A stretch of 64,000 nucleotides of DNA from Nitrospiraceae bacterium (GTDB lineage: Bacteria; Nitrospirota; Nitrospiria; Nitrospirales; Nitrospiraceae): assembly GCA_050246315.1 (NCBI GenBank), contig JBFWWG010000001.1:128001-192000 (forward strand), read 5' to 3'. Shown in pieces: positions 10,567-19,072 of this stretch. Both the position numbers and the translations under genes were made by a program. Under the pieces are notes generated by a model that was not told where the DNA came from, did not search any database, and worked only from the letters and a program-made list of their open reading frames with translations. The number at the start of each line of letters is the position of its first letter. Position 1 is the stretch's first letter.

Positions 10567-13500
10567 CTATCCTGACATGCCATGTTCCCCACGTTCCCTC
10601 CACCACCGCCACATGACATAGACCGGCGGGATGACGAACAGCGTGAGGATCATCGCGGAAAACACTCCGCCGACCTGCGGTGCTGCGATCCGTTTCATCA
10701 CATCAGCTCCCGTGCCCGTGGCCCACATCACCGGGAACAGGCCGATCACGTCCACAAACCCGATCATCGCCATCGGCCTGATGCGTTCCACGGCCCCCGA
10801 CTGAACGGTGTCAATGACGTCTTGCAACGTTTTGAGCCCGCCCGCCGCCTTGCGCCGTGAGCAGGCCTCGTCCAGATAGGCCAGCATGACGGCGCTCGTC
10901 TCCGCCGCGGTCCCGACCACGGTGATCAACCCGACCCACACGGCGATGCTGACGTTGTAGCCGAGGATCCACAGGTACCAGACGGCGCCCACCAGTGAGA
11001 GCGGCACACCGACCATCACCATGCAGGTTTCAGCGACCGAGCGGAAGGTGAGGTAAAATGCGACGAAGATGATCATGAGTGTGAGCGGCACCACAAGCCC
11101 CAATCGCTCTTTCGCCCGCTCCATGAACTCATATTGACCGGACCAGAGGATTGTGTAGCCTGGCGGCAAGTACACCTTCGCCGCCACGGCTCGCTTGAGG
11201 TCTTCCACATAGCCGCCCACGTCGCGGCCGGCCATATCAAGAAAGACATAGCCGGCCAACATGCCGTTTTCATCCCGGATCATTGGAGGACCGGATACGA
11301 ATCGCAGGGTCGTGAGCTGCGCGAGCGGCACCTGAGCGCCGGTCGGCGTATCGACGAGGACTCGCTGGAGCTTCTGCGGATCATCCCGAAACTCCCGCAG
11401 ATAGCGCACGTTGATCGGATACCGTTCGCGTCCCTCGATGGTGGTTGCAATGTTCTCGCCGCCGATGGCTGACTCGATGATCTTTCCCACATCCATCAGC
11501 TTGAGGCCATAGCGGGCAATCTCCTCGCGGTTGATGTCGATGTCCAAATAGTAGCCGCCGAAGACCCGTTCCGCATAGACGCTGCGGGTTCCTGTGACTT
11601 CTTTGAGCACCACCTCCAACCGTTGTCCCAGTTGTTCGATCTGCTTGAGGTCCGGACCGAAGATCTTGATCCCTACCGGCGTCCGAATTCCCGTGGTCAG
11701 CATGTCGATCCGGTTCCGAATCGGCATGGTCCAAGCATTGGTCACACCGGGAAACTGAAGCGCCCGATCCATTTCATCGATCAGACCCTCGTAGCTGAGC
11801 CCGGGCCGCCAGCGCTCGTTCGGCTTCAGTTCGACCACGACCTCCATCATGCTGAACGGAGCCGGGTCTGTGGAGGTTTCCGCCCGTCCGGCTTTGCCGA
11901 ACACCCGCTCCACTTCAGGAAACGCTTTCAGCTTCCGGTCCATGATTTGGAGAAGCCGCCCGGCTTCGGTCACTGAGAGGCCGGGCAAGGTCGTGGGCAT
12001 ATACAGAATCGTTCCCTCGTAGAGCGGCGGCATGAACTCCGACCCCATCCGTTGATAGACCGGCACGGTGCTGAGCAGCAGTCCGCCGGCCAGCAGGACG
12101 ACGAGACCTCGGTGATGCAAGGCCCATCGCAAGAGTGGCGCATAGATGCCTTGCAGACTTCGGCTGACCGGATGGCGCTGTTCCGGGAAGATCCGACCGC
12201 GGATGAACGTCGGCAGGCAGGCGGGGACCAAGGTGATGGCGAGCACCGCGCACGCGGCGATGGCCAGGTTATTTGTCCAAGCCAACGGCTTGAACATCCT
12301 CCCTTCCTGCGCTTCGAGGGCGAAGATGGGAATAAAGGAAATGGCGATCACAAGGACTGATGCGAAAATCGCCGGACCGACCTCCTTCGCTGAATCGATG
12401 AGGACCTGCACCCGCTCGCCCCTGCGGCCATCCCGCTCCCACTCCTCCAATCGCTTGTGGGCGTTGTCCACCATGACGATGGCAGCATCGACCATGTCTC
12501 CGATCGCCACGATGATCCCGCCGAGCGACATGATGTTGACGCCGACTTGCAGCAGATACATGGGAATGAAGGCGATCAGCACCGCAACCGGCAAAGTCAG
12601 AACGGGCACGACCGCCGAACGCACATGCAGCAGGAATGCGACGATCAGCACCCCCGTGACGAGCAGCTCTTCCAAGAGACTCTCGTTGGCCGTGGCGATC
12701 GATTCTCGAATCAGATCGTTGCGGTCATAGGTACTGACGACCTTCACGCCCTTCGGTATGGAGGGCTCCAGTTCCTTGAGCTTGGCCTTCACCCGTTCGA
12801 TCACGGCCAGCGCGTTCTCCCCGAACCGCATGACGACGATGCCGCCGACCACCTCGCCTTCGCCATTCAGGTCGACGAGGCCCCGCCGCATGTCCGGCCC
12901 GAGCCGCACGGTCGCCACATCTCGCAACAGAATCGGCGTGCCGGTTTCATTGACGCCCACCGCGATTTTCTCGATATCCTCGGTCTGCTTGATGTAGCCT
13001 CGTCCTCGAACCACGTATTCGATTCCCGAGAATTCCACGACGCGGCCGCCGACATCGTTGTTGCTCTGTCGAATCGTTTCGACGATCGAAGGAATTGAAA
13101 GGCGGTAGGCGAGGATCTTGGTCGGGTCTAAATTGACCTGGTACTGGCGGACAAAGCCGCCGATGCTCGCGACCTCAGCCACCCCGTCCACCGCGCGCAG
13201 CCAATAGCGTAGGTGCCAATCCTGGAAGCTGCGCAGCGAGGCGAGGTCCTGTTGTCCCGATTCATCGACGACGGCGTACTGATACACCCATCCGACTCCG
13301 GTAGCATCCGGGCCGAGCTGCGGCGTGACTCCTTCCGGCAGTCGGCCCGCCAACTGGTTCAGGTATTCGAGCACACGGCTCCGTGCCCAATAGATGTCGG
13401 TGTCGTCCTTGAACAGGACATAAACATAGGAATAGCCGAAGTCGGAGAAGCCCCGAACTACCGTCACCTTTGGAGCGGACAGCAGCGCCGTGACGATCGG

Positions 13501-13701
13501 ATAGGTGATCTGATCTTCGACCAAATCAGGGGAGCGGCCGGGCCACGTGGTGTAGACGATCACCTGCGTATCCGACACATCGGGCAACGCATCGATCGGC
13601 GTCTGCCACAAGGCCCAGAGGCCGATGGCCGAGAAGGCCAAGACCAGCAGGAACACGATGAAGCGATTTTTCGCGCTGAATTCGATGATGCGTTCAACCA
13701 T
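10567..13701 (-). CDS. cusA: CusA-family Cu/Ag RND efflux permease
   Basis: DALPDVSDTQVIV, GPDATGVGWVYQY, IGDMVDAAIVMVDN, EFMPPL, TDPAPFSM; start set at MVERIIEFS (alternative 13764). Confidence 0.92.
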   Translation of the reverse strand: MVERIIEFSAKNRFIVFLLVLAFSAIGLWALWQTPIDALPDVSDTQVIVYTTWPGRSPDLVEDQITYPIVTALLSAPKVTVVRGFSDFGYSYVYVLFKDDTDIYWARSRVLEYLNQLAGRLPEGVTPQLGPDATGVGWVYQYAVVDESGQQDLASLRSFQDWHLRYWLRAVDGVAEVASIGGFVRQYQVNLDPTKILAYRLSIPSIVETIRQSNNDVGGRVVEFSGIEYVVRGRGYIKQTEDIEKIAVGVNETGTPILLRDVATVRLGPDMRRGLVDLNGEGEVVGGIVVMRFGENALAVIERVKAKLKELEPSIPKGVKVVSTYDRNDLIRESIATANESLLEELLVTGVLIVAFLLHVRSAVVPVLTLPVAVLIAFIPMYLLQVGVNIMSLGGIIVAIGDMVDAAIVMVDNAHKRLEEWERDGRRGERVQVLIDSAKEVGPAIFASVLVIAISFIPIFALEAQEGRMFKPLAWTNNLAIAACAVLAITLVPACLPTFIRGRIFPEQRHPVSRSLQGIYAPLLRWALHHRGLVVLLAGGLLLSTVPVYQRMGSEFMPPLYEGTILYMPTTLPGLSVTEAGRLLQIMDRKLKAFPEVERVFGKAGRAETSTDPAPFSMMEVVVELKPNERWRPGLSYEGLIDEMDRALQFPGVTNAWTMPIRNRIDMLTTGIRTPVGIKIFGPDLKQIEQLGQRLEVVLKEVTGTRSVYAERVFGGYYLDIDINREEIARYGLKLMDVGKIIESAIGGENIATTIEGRERYPINVRYLREFRDDPQKLQRVLVDTPTGAQVPLAQLTTLRFVSGPPMIRDENGMLAGYVFLDMAGRDVGGYVEDLKRAVAAKVYLPPGYTILWSGQYEFMERAKERLGLVVPLTLMIIFVAFYLTFRSVAETCMVMVGVPLSLVGAVWYLWILGYNVSIAVWVGLITVVGTAAETSAVMLAYLDEACSRRKAAGGLKTLQDVIDTVQSGAVERIRPMAMIGFVDVIGLFPVMWATGTGADVMKRIAAPQVGGVFSAMILTLFVIPPVYVMWRWWRERGEHGMSG

Positions 13702-13705
13702 ATTC

Positions 13706-13780
13706 AGTGCTGAGTGCTGAGGACGTGAGTGCTGAGAAGAAGCCGGATCCTCCTCATTCCTCATTCCTCATTCCTCATTC
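13706..13780. repeat. Heptamer tandem repeats (AGTGCTG x3, TCCTCAT x4) between cusB and cusA
   Basis: Directly visible. Confidence 0.85.
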
Positions 13781-15028
13781 CTATTTCATCCCGGACATGC
13801 CGCCCATGCTTTCGACAGCGGACTTGAGCCGGCTCTCGCTGTCGATCAGAAAGTTGGCCGAAGTCACGATATGCTCGCCTTCGTTCAGTCCTTCCAGCAC
13901 CTCGCACCAGTCTCCCGTCTTCACCCCGGTCGTGATCAGGCGCGGTTCCAGCCTGCCGCCCCCGTGATGGAGAAAGACCATCTGCTTCCGGCCCGATTCG
14001 ATGACCGCTTCTTGAGGAATCGCCAGCCGCGTACCCAAATCGACCCGTAACTCGACGTTCGCGTACATGTCGGGCTTGAGTTTCTCGTCGGGATTATCCA
14101 GCTCGAACCGTACCTTGGCCGTGCGGGTCTTGGGGTCTAGGGTGGGATAGATGAACCCGACGCGGCCAGTCAGCACCGTCGCCGGATCGTATGAAAGCGA
14201 GACGGCCGCCTTCTGACCTCTCTTCACGAAAGAGAGCTCGTATTCGTAGATGTCCGCCAAGATCCACACATGCGAGAGATCGGCGATGGTATACAGTTCT
14301 TCCCCCGGCTCGACATGGGCCCCTTGCAGGATTTCTTTGCGAATGACGGTGCCGCTGATCGGTGAATGGATCGGCAACGTCCTCGTCACACGTTTGGTCT
14401 GCTCCAACTCATGGATATGTTCGTCGCCGATATCCCATAGATGGAGGCGGTGTCGGGTCGCTTCCAGCAGATCCTTGGACCCCAACGCGACTTCCGGAAA
14501 CTCACTTTCCCCGAGCTGCTTCCGGCTTTGCAACGCCAACAGATACTCTTCCTGCGTCGCGACCAGATCGGGGCTGTAGATCGTGAAGAGCCGCTGACCC
14601 TTTTTCACGTGATCGCCATTCGCGCTGACGAAGAGCTGTTCGATCCATCCATGAAACTTGATCGTGACTTTGGCGAGACGCCGCTCGTCCACCGCCACCC
14701 GCCCGACGGTGCGAATGGTCTTTTCCAGGAGTCGGCGCGCCACCGGCTCATACTTCACCCCAACCGTCTGCAAACGTTCGTCCGGAATCGTCACCATGCC
14801 GGGAGGTTCAGGACTGGGTGCTACGGCCTGAGGCATGGGGCCCGGCCCGACGTCCCCTGACCTCTGTCCAGGCCGGTTCTCCGGCATCGACATCCCCGGC
14901 ATGTCGGTCATCGCGTCCTGCGTGGAACCTGCGGGTGGGAAGATTCTAGGCCATAGCCACCACGAGCCCGCTCCGATCACCAGAAGCAGGAAGACCAGCA
15001 CCGGTGGCGTCAGGCGGCGACGGTTCAT
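13781..15028 (-). CDS. cusB: CusB-family RND membrane fusion protein
   Basis: Met-rich termini, IYSPDLVATQEEYL, IYPTLDPKTRT, SANFLIDSES. Confidence 0.9.
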   Translation of the reverse strand: MNRRRLTPPVLVFLLLVIGAGSWWLWPRIFPPAGSTQDAMTDMPGMSMPENRPGQRSGDVGPGPMPQAVAPSPEPPGMVTIPDERLQTVGVKYEPVARRLLEKTIRTVGRVAVDERRLAKVTIKFHGWIEQLFVSANGDHVKKGQRLFTIYSPDLVATQEEYLLALQSRKQLGESEFPEVALGSKDLLEATRHRLHLWDIGDEHIHELEQTKRVTRTLPIHSPISGTVIRKEILQGAHVEPGEELYTIADLSHVWILADIYEYELSFVKRGQKAAVSLSYDPATVLTGRVGFIYPTLDPKTRTAKVRFELDNPDEKLKPDMYANVELRVDLGTRLAIPQEAVIESGRKQMVFLHHGGGRLEPRLITTGVKTGDWCEVLEGLNEGEHIVTSANFLIDSESRLKSAVESMGGMSGMK

Positions 15029-16365
15029 GATCCCGGCTTCCTTTCGGCCATCGGTCCTTCGAGGGAGCCCCCTGTCACCGCTTCGAGCCGGGCCACAGCT
15101 CGCTCGTGGTTCACCATCTCGCCGTGCAGCTCCAATTGACTCTCCTGTAGAGTCAGCAGGCTGTTGAGCAGCGTCAGGAAATCGACTTTCCCCACCGCAT
15201 AGCTCGCTTGCGCCGCCTGCAGCGCCAATGCAGCCTGGGGGATGATCGCATCGCGCAGGATAGTGATCAGCCGTTCAGCCCGCTGCGCCTGCACGAACCC
15301 GTCTTTGACTTGAAACAATACCTCTTGGCGTGTCGCGGCAAATTCCTCCCGCGCCCACTCCAAGCCGGCACGAGCTTCTCGCACTCCCTGCTTTTGTTTG
15401 CTCTCGTAAAAGAGCGGGATCCTGATTCCGACGATCACCTGATACCCGTTGTCGTTGATCTTGTCGTTTCGAAGGCCGAGCGCCGTGATGTCAAAATCCG
15501 GATAGTATTGACGTTTGGCCAACGAGACGGACCGTTCGGACCGGTCAATGCCTTTTGCCGTCGCCAGCAAGGCCGGAGAGAATGCCTCGGCGCGCCGGTT
15601 GAGTTCGTTGAGCGGGATCGTCAGGATCGTGGTGTGAATTTCTTCCGGCGTCCCAAGCGGGTCGGAGGGAGGCCGATTGATCAGGCGATTGATCGCCGCG
15701 TGCAGACTTTCTTTCTGTTGATCGAGCACCGCCAGCCGGTCGAGCACACGCGAGATCTCGACCTGCGCTCGAAATACATCCTGCTGCGCAGCCTGACCAA
15801 CGCCGTACCGTGCCTTTGCGGTCTTCTCAAAGTGCATCAACAGCGCCTTGTTCTTCTCGACAATGTCGATGCTCTTATGCACGAAGTGCAGGTTGAAATA
15901 GGTCTCCTTTAATTCCGTGATCCGCTTCAGCCGGGTGGCCTTGAATTCCTGTTCCAACCGTTCGGCCTCGCGCTGGGCGACCTCTCCTTTGAGACCGAGC
16001 TTGCCCGGAAAGGGAATGTCCTGTCCGAATCCATAGACGGGTCCCTCCAGGACGGGAGGCACCATGGGCATCCGCTGGTATCCCAATTGGAGCCGAGGGT
16101 CCGGCAGCGCTTGGACCTGCGGGACGACCGCGAGCGCGGCCTCCCAGCGCCGCCGGGCGGCCCTGATCTCGGGATTCGCTGCCTCCAGTTCTGCGATGAG
16201 ACCTGGAAGGGCGAGATGATTTTCATGATGCGAAGGGCGATCTCCATCGGATGGCATCGCTCTTCGATCGTCCGCCCCGTGACCCGAGGAGGACGAGAAC
16301 GCGGCGATTGAAACGAGGCTCAGAACAACGAACCAACTTGGGTGGGCTGCGGCAGATCGTTTCAC
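15025..16365 (-). CDS. TolC/CusC-family outer membrane efflux protein
   Basis: Signal peptide, ANPEIRAA, QDIPFPGKL, YYPDF, YAVGKVDFLTLL; GTG start with GGAGG RBS. Confidence 0.88.
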   Translation of the reverse strand: MKRSAAAHPSWFVVLSLVSIAAFSSSSGHGADDRRAMPSDGDRPSHHENHLALPGLIAELEAANPEIRAARRRWEAALAVVPQVQALPDPRLQLGYQRMPMVPPVLEGPVYGFGQDIPFPGKLGLKGEVAQREAERLEQEFKATRLKRITELKETYFNLHFVHKSIDIVEKNKALLMHFEKTAKARYGVGQAAQQDVFRAQVEISRVLDRLAVLDQQKESLHAAINRLINRPPSDPLGTPEEIHTTILTIPLNELNRRAEAFSPALLATAKGIDRSERSVSLAKRQYYPDFDITALGLRNDKINDNGYQVIVGIRIPLFYESKQKQGVREARAGLEWAREEFAATRQEVLFQVKDGFVQAQRAERLITILRDAIIPQAALALQAAQASYAVGKVDFLTLLNSLLTLQESQLELHGEMVNHERAVARLEAVTGGSLEGPMAERKPGS

Positions 16366-16456
16366 GAGGACACCTCCAGACGGCGTTGGCAAACTGAAAC
16401 ACCGCCTGCTCAGCCCTCTAGGCCGAGCGGCGAGCGAACGAACTGGAGGTGTGAGA

Positions 16457-16795
16457 TCAGATCCGGAGGACCGAGGAAGAATCTATGGAGATGGGCACAA
16501 TGGACAAGACACTCCTCCGAGAGCAGGGTGTCGGGACCGAGAGGAGAGTTAGATCAATAGACGGATTCTGCAGGATCATGACCTGATCAGTAGCCGCGAC
16601 CGCGCCATTTTTCACCTGGCGTTCCGGTGAGGAGATCGCCGACGGCGGACAGATGAGCGTTCCCTCCATCGGGCAACCCATCGGCTCTTCCAAGACCGCC
16701 ATGGGTTCGCCGGCTAAAGCGACAGAGGGGACGGCGCACATGAGCCCGACGACCTGACAGAACACGAACACCAACAGAATCGCGGCCGGCCTCAC
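16457..16795 (-). CDS. Small exported Cys/Met-containing protein leading the cusCBA operon
   Basis: GAGGAA RBS plus GTG; hydrophobic N-terminus with FCQ..LMCA, GCPM..ICPP, C-terminal SSSVLRI. Confidence 0.6.
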   Translation of the reverse strand: MRPAAILLVFVFCQVVGLMCAVPSVALAGEPMAVLEEPMGCPMEGTLICPPSAISSPERQVKNGAVAATDQVMILQNPSIDLTLLSVPTPCSRRSVLSIVPISIDSSSVLRI

Positions 16796-17053
16796 GTCAA
16801 TTCCTCTTACTGTCGAAACCAGACCAGGCATCGAAATACCTGCGAATTCATCTTCGTTATCCTCTATCAAATTCAGGAGGTTCGTCAAGCTGGACCGTGG
16901 CCCGTGTACGCACTCAGCCAGGTTCACTGCTGCTCGGGAGCTTTCCGCAGCCGGCATTTGGAGCCGGGGTTCCCGTCACGAACCGTCTCATAGACCCTCT
17001 ATTCCAAGAACAACGAGATCGGATCGGGATGAATGTGCTATTCTGTTACCACT

Positions 17054-17530
17054 ATGCCATCGATGGGTGAACGTTCTACCCGGTCTCGCAGAGCCCTTCT
17101 CCTCTGGGTCTCCCTCTGGCTGCTCATGGTGCCATGGGTCCATGTCCACCCGGAAGTCGAGCACAATCACGGCGATCCGGCCCATGCGCACCATGCCATC
17201 ATGCATACGGTGTTCTCGGCACCATTAGAATGCGAATCTCACCAGCCACACCATAATGGCACCCATCGAAGCGTCATTCAGCAGCCGATGCAGCTCACCG
17301 GCCACCATGGGCACGTGTCGGTCCATCCCGAAATTGACTATGTGCTCGCCTCAGCCTCACCGTGCCCAACCATCGACAAGGTGATCCTTAGCCTCTCTAC
17401 CATTGAAGCCGCACCATCAACGGGTTCCTGCGGATTCACCAGGGTCGATGCGACTCGCTCAATCGCGCCGACCATTCTGGCTCTTGCGACCTCTCTTCCC
17501 CTTCGGGCTCCACCGGCTCCTCTTTCCTGA
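17054..17530 (+). CDS. His-rich exported leader protein ending in a RAPP motif (DUF2946/CruR-like architecture)
   Basis: Signal-like LLLWVSLWLLMVPW, HVHPEVEHNHGDPAHAHHAIMH, C-terminal LPLRAPPAPLS; start uncertain (17033/17054/17063). Confidence 0.7.
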   Translation: MPSMGERSTRSRRALLLWVSLWLLMVPWVHVHPEVEHNHGDPAHAHHAIMHTVFSAPLECESHQPHHNGTHRSVIQQPMQLTGHHGHVSVHPEIDYVLASASPCPTIDKVILSLSTIEAAPSTGSCGFTRVDATRSIAPTILALATSLPLRAPPAPLS

Positions 17531-17636
17531 AACGGTTTTCTTCATCCTGTGATCCGGTGAAGCAGGACGTCCACTCGGACATCTTCGAACCATCACCGAT
17601 CCGAGATCCGCTTCACGAAAAGGAAGGAGGAGTCCC

Positions 17637-17890
17637 ATGGTCGTTCGACTATTCATGGCACCCTGGCTCCTGTTGTTCAACTCTCTGTCCCTGTGGAACG
17701 AGGACCGAGAGGCCGAGCCAAGCCCGGCGCCGTACAAACTGAACACCATCATCGATTGAGCGATTGCACGCTGCGGGCACACCTTTACTGTGCAGCAACC
17801 GCTGGTGTGGCCGGCCAAGCGGCAGGGGCGAGGAATGCCTCGTCCGTGAGGATGAGCAGGGGGACTGGAAAGCGAGGAGCGCCGTCATGA
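17637..17890 (+). pseudogene. Remnant of a CzcC/TolC outer membrane factor gene
   Basis: Strong AAGGAGG RBS; MVVRLFMAPWLLLF...YKLNTIID*AIAR...TVQQPLVWPAKRQGR; TGA at 17757-17759; an ATGA overlap joins it to czcB. Confidence 0.55.
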
Positions 17891-19071
17891 CCTACGGCAT
17901 CAAAGGGTACAGGTGGAACGTGATCGTCGCGCTCGCGACGCTGATGGTCGGGTGCGGCGAGCGCGAGCCGGAACAATCCACGGCGCCGCCGGAGAACCAA
18001 GCGACCGCGACCAGCGCGATTATCCAGGTCGTCCAACCGCCGGCGGCTGTGCGGGACCGGATACGAACCGAGATGGTCGTCGTCCGAACGGTGCCGGAGA
18101 CGGTCACAGCGCCCGGCGAAGTTTCACTGGACCTGAAGCAGGTCGCCAAAGTGACCTCCAGGATCGACGGACAGGCGGTGCGGGTCTACGCGCAATTGGG
18201 CGATCGCGTCCAGGCCGGACAGCCGCTTGTCGCGATCGGGAGCCTGCAACTGGATCAGTTGGTCGAAGAGTATCTCGTTGCGAAAGCGCAAGCCGACGTG
18301 GCCGAGAATGCCTTCCGGCGAAGCGAGCGGCTCCGGGCGGATCAGATCATCGCCGAACGCCGGTTTGTTGAAGAACGAGGGCGGCACCTGGAAACCAAGG
18401 CGCGGCACCAGCACATCCGCGAGAAGCTCATGAACATGGGCCTGACCGCCCGAGAACTCAAAGAATTGGAGCAGGGGACTCATGAGCAAAGCCATCGCTA
18501 TACCCTCACGGCGCCGATCGCCGGCACCGTGGTGGCGCAGAACGTCGTACTGGGCCAAGGGGTGGCGCCGGGCCTCGAATTGTTCGAGGTGGTGGATACC
18601 AGCCGGGTCTGGGTATTTGCCAACCTGCCGATCGAACAGGCGAGGCGATTCAAGGTCGGAGACCAGGGCACGATCGTGCCCAAGGGCGCCGAGCCGTTGA
18701 TGGCTCCGTTGACCTACCTTTCGCCGGTCGCGGACGAAAAGACCCGCACCATCCGCATCCGCTTAGAGGTGGCGAATCAAGAAGCTCGGCTGAAGCCGCA
18801 AGAATATGTGGACGTTCGCTTGTCCTTCGATGGAGAGCCGGTCCTCGCCGTTCCAGTCGGCGCCGTCACGATGGTGGGCAACAGCCGCGGGCTGTTCGTG
18901 CAGCGGGAACAGGGCTATGACTTTGTTCCCGTACAGACAGGACGTGAAGGAGACGGATGGGTGGAAATCATCCAGGGAGTCGCCCAGGGCGACCGTGTGG
19001 CCAGCGACGGCGTCTTCGATCTGAAGAACGTGCTCCTCAAGGAACATATCGACTCGGGAGAAGAGAGGTAA
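17887..19071 (+). CDS. czcB: CzcB-family RND membrane fusion lipoprotein
   Basis: Lipobox LMVGC, AKVTSRIDG, APIAGTVV, VDTSRVWV, DEKTRT. Confidence 0.87.
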   Translation: MTYGIKGYRWNVIVALATLMVGCGEREPEQSTAPPENQATATSAIIQVVQPPAAVRDRIRTEMVVVRTVPETVTAPGEVSLDLKQVAKVTSRIDGQAVRVYAQLGDRVQAGQPLVAIGSLQLDQLVEEYLVAKAQADVAENAFRRSERLRADQIIAERRFVEERGRHLETKARHQHIREKLMNMGLTARELKELEQGTHEQSHRYTLTAPIAGTVVAQNVVLGQGVAPGLELFEVVDTSRVWVFANLPIEQARRFKVGDQGTIVPKGAEPLMAPLTYLSPVADEKTRTIRIRLEVANQEARLKPQEYVDVRLSFDGEPVLAVPVGAVTMVGNSRGLFVQREQGYDFVPVQTGREGDGWVEIIQGVAQGDRVASDGVFDLKNVLLKEHIDSGEER

Positions 19072-19072
19072 G

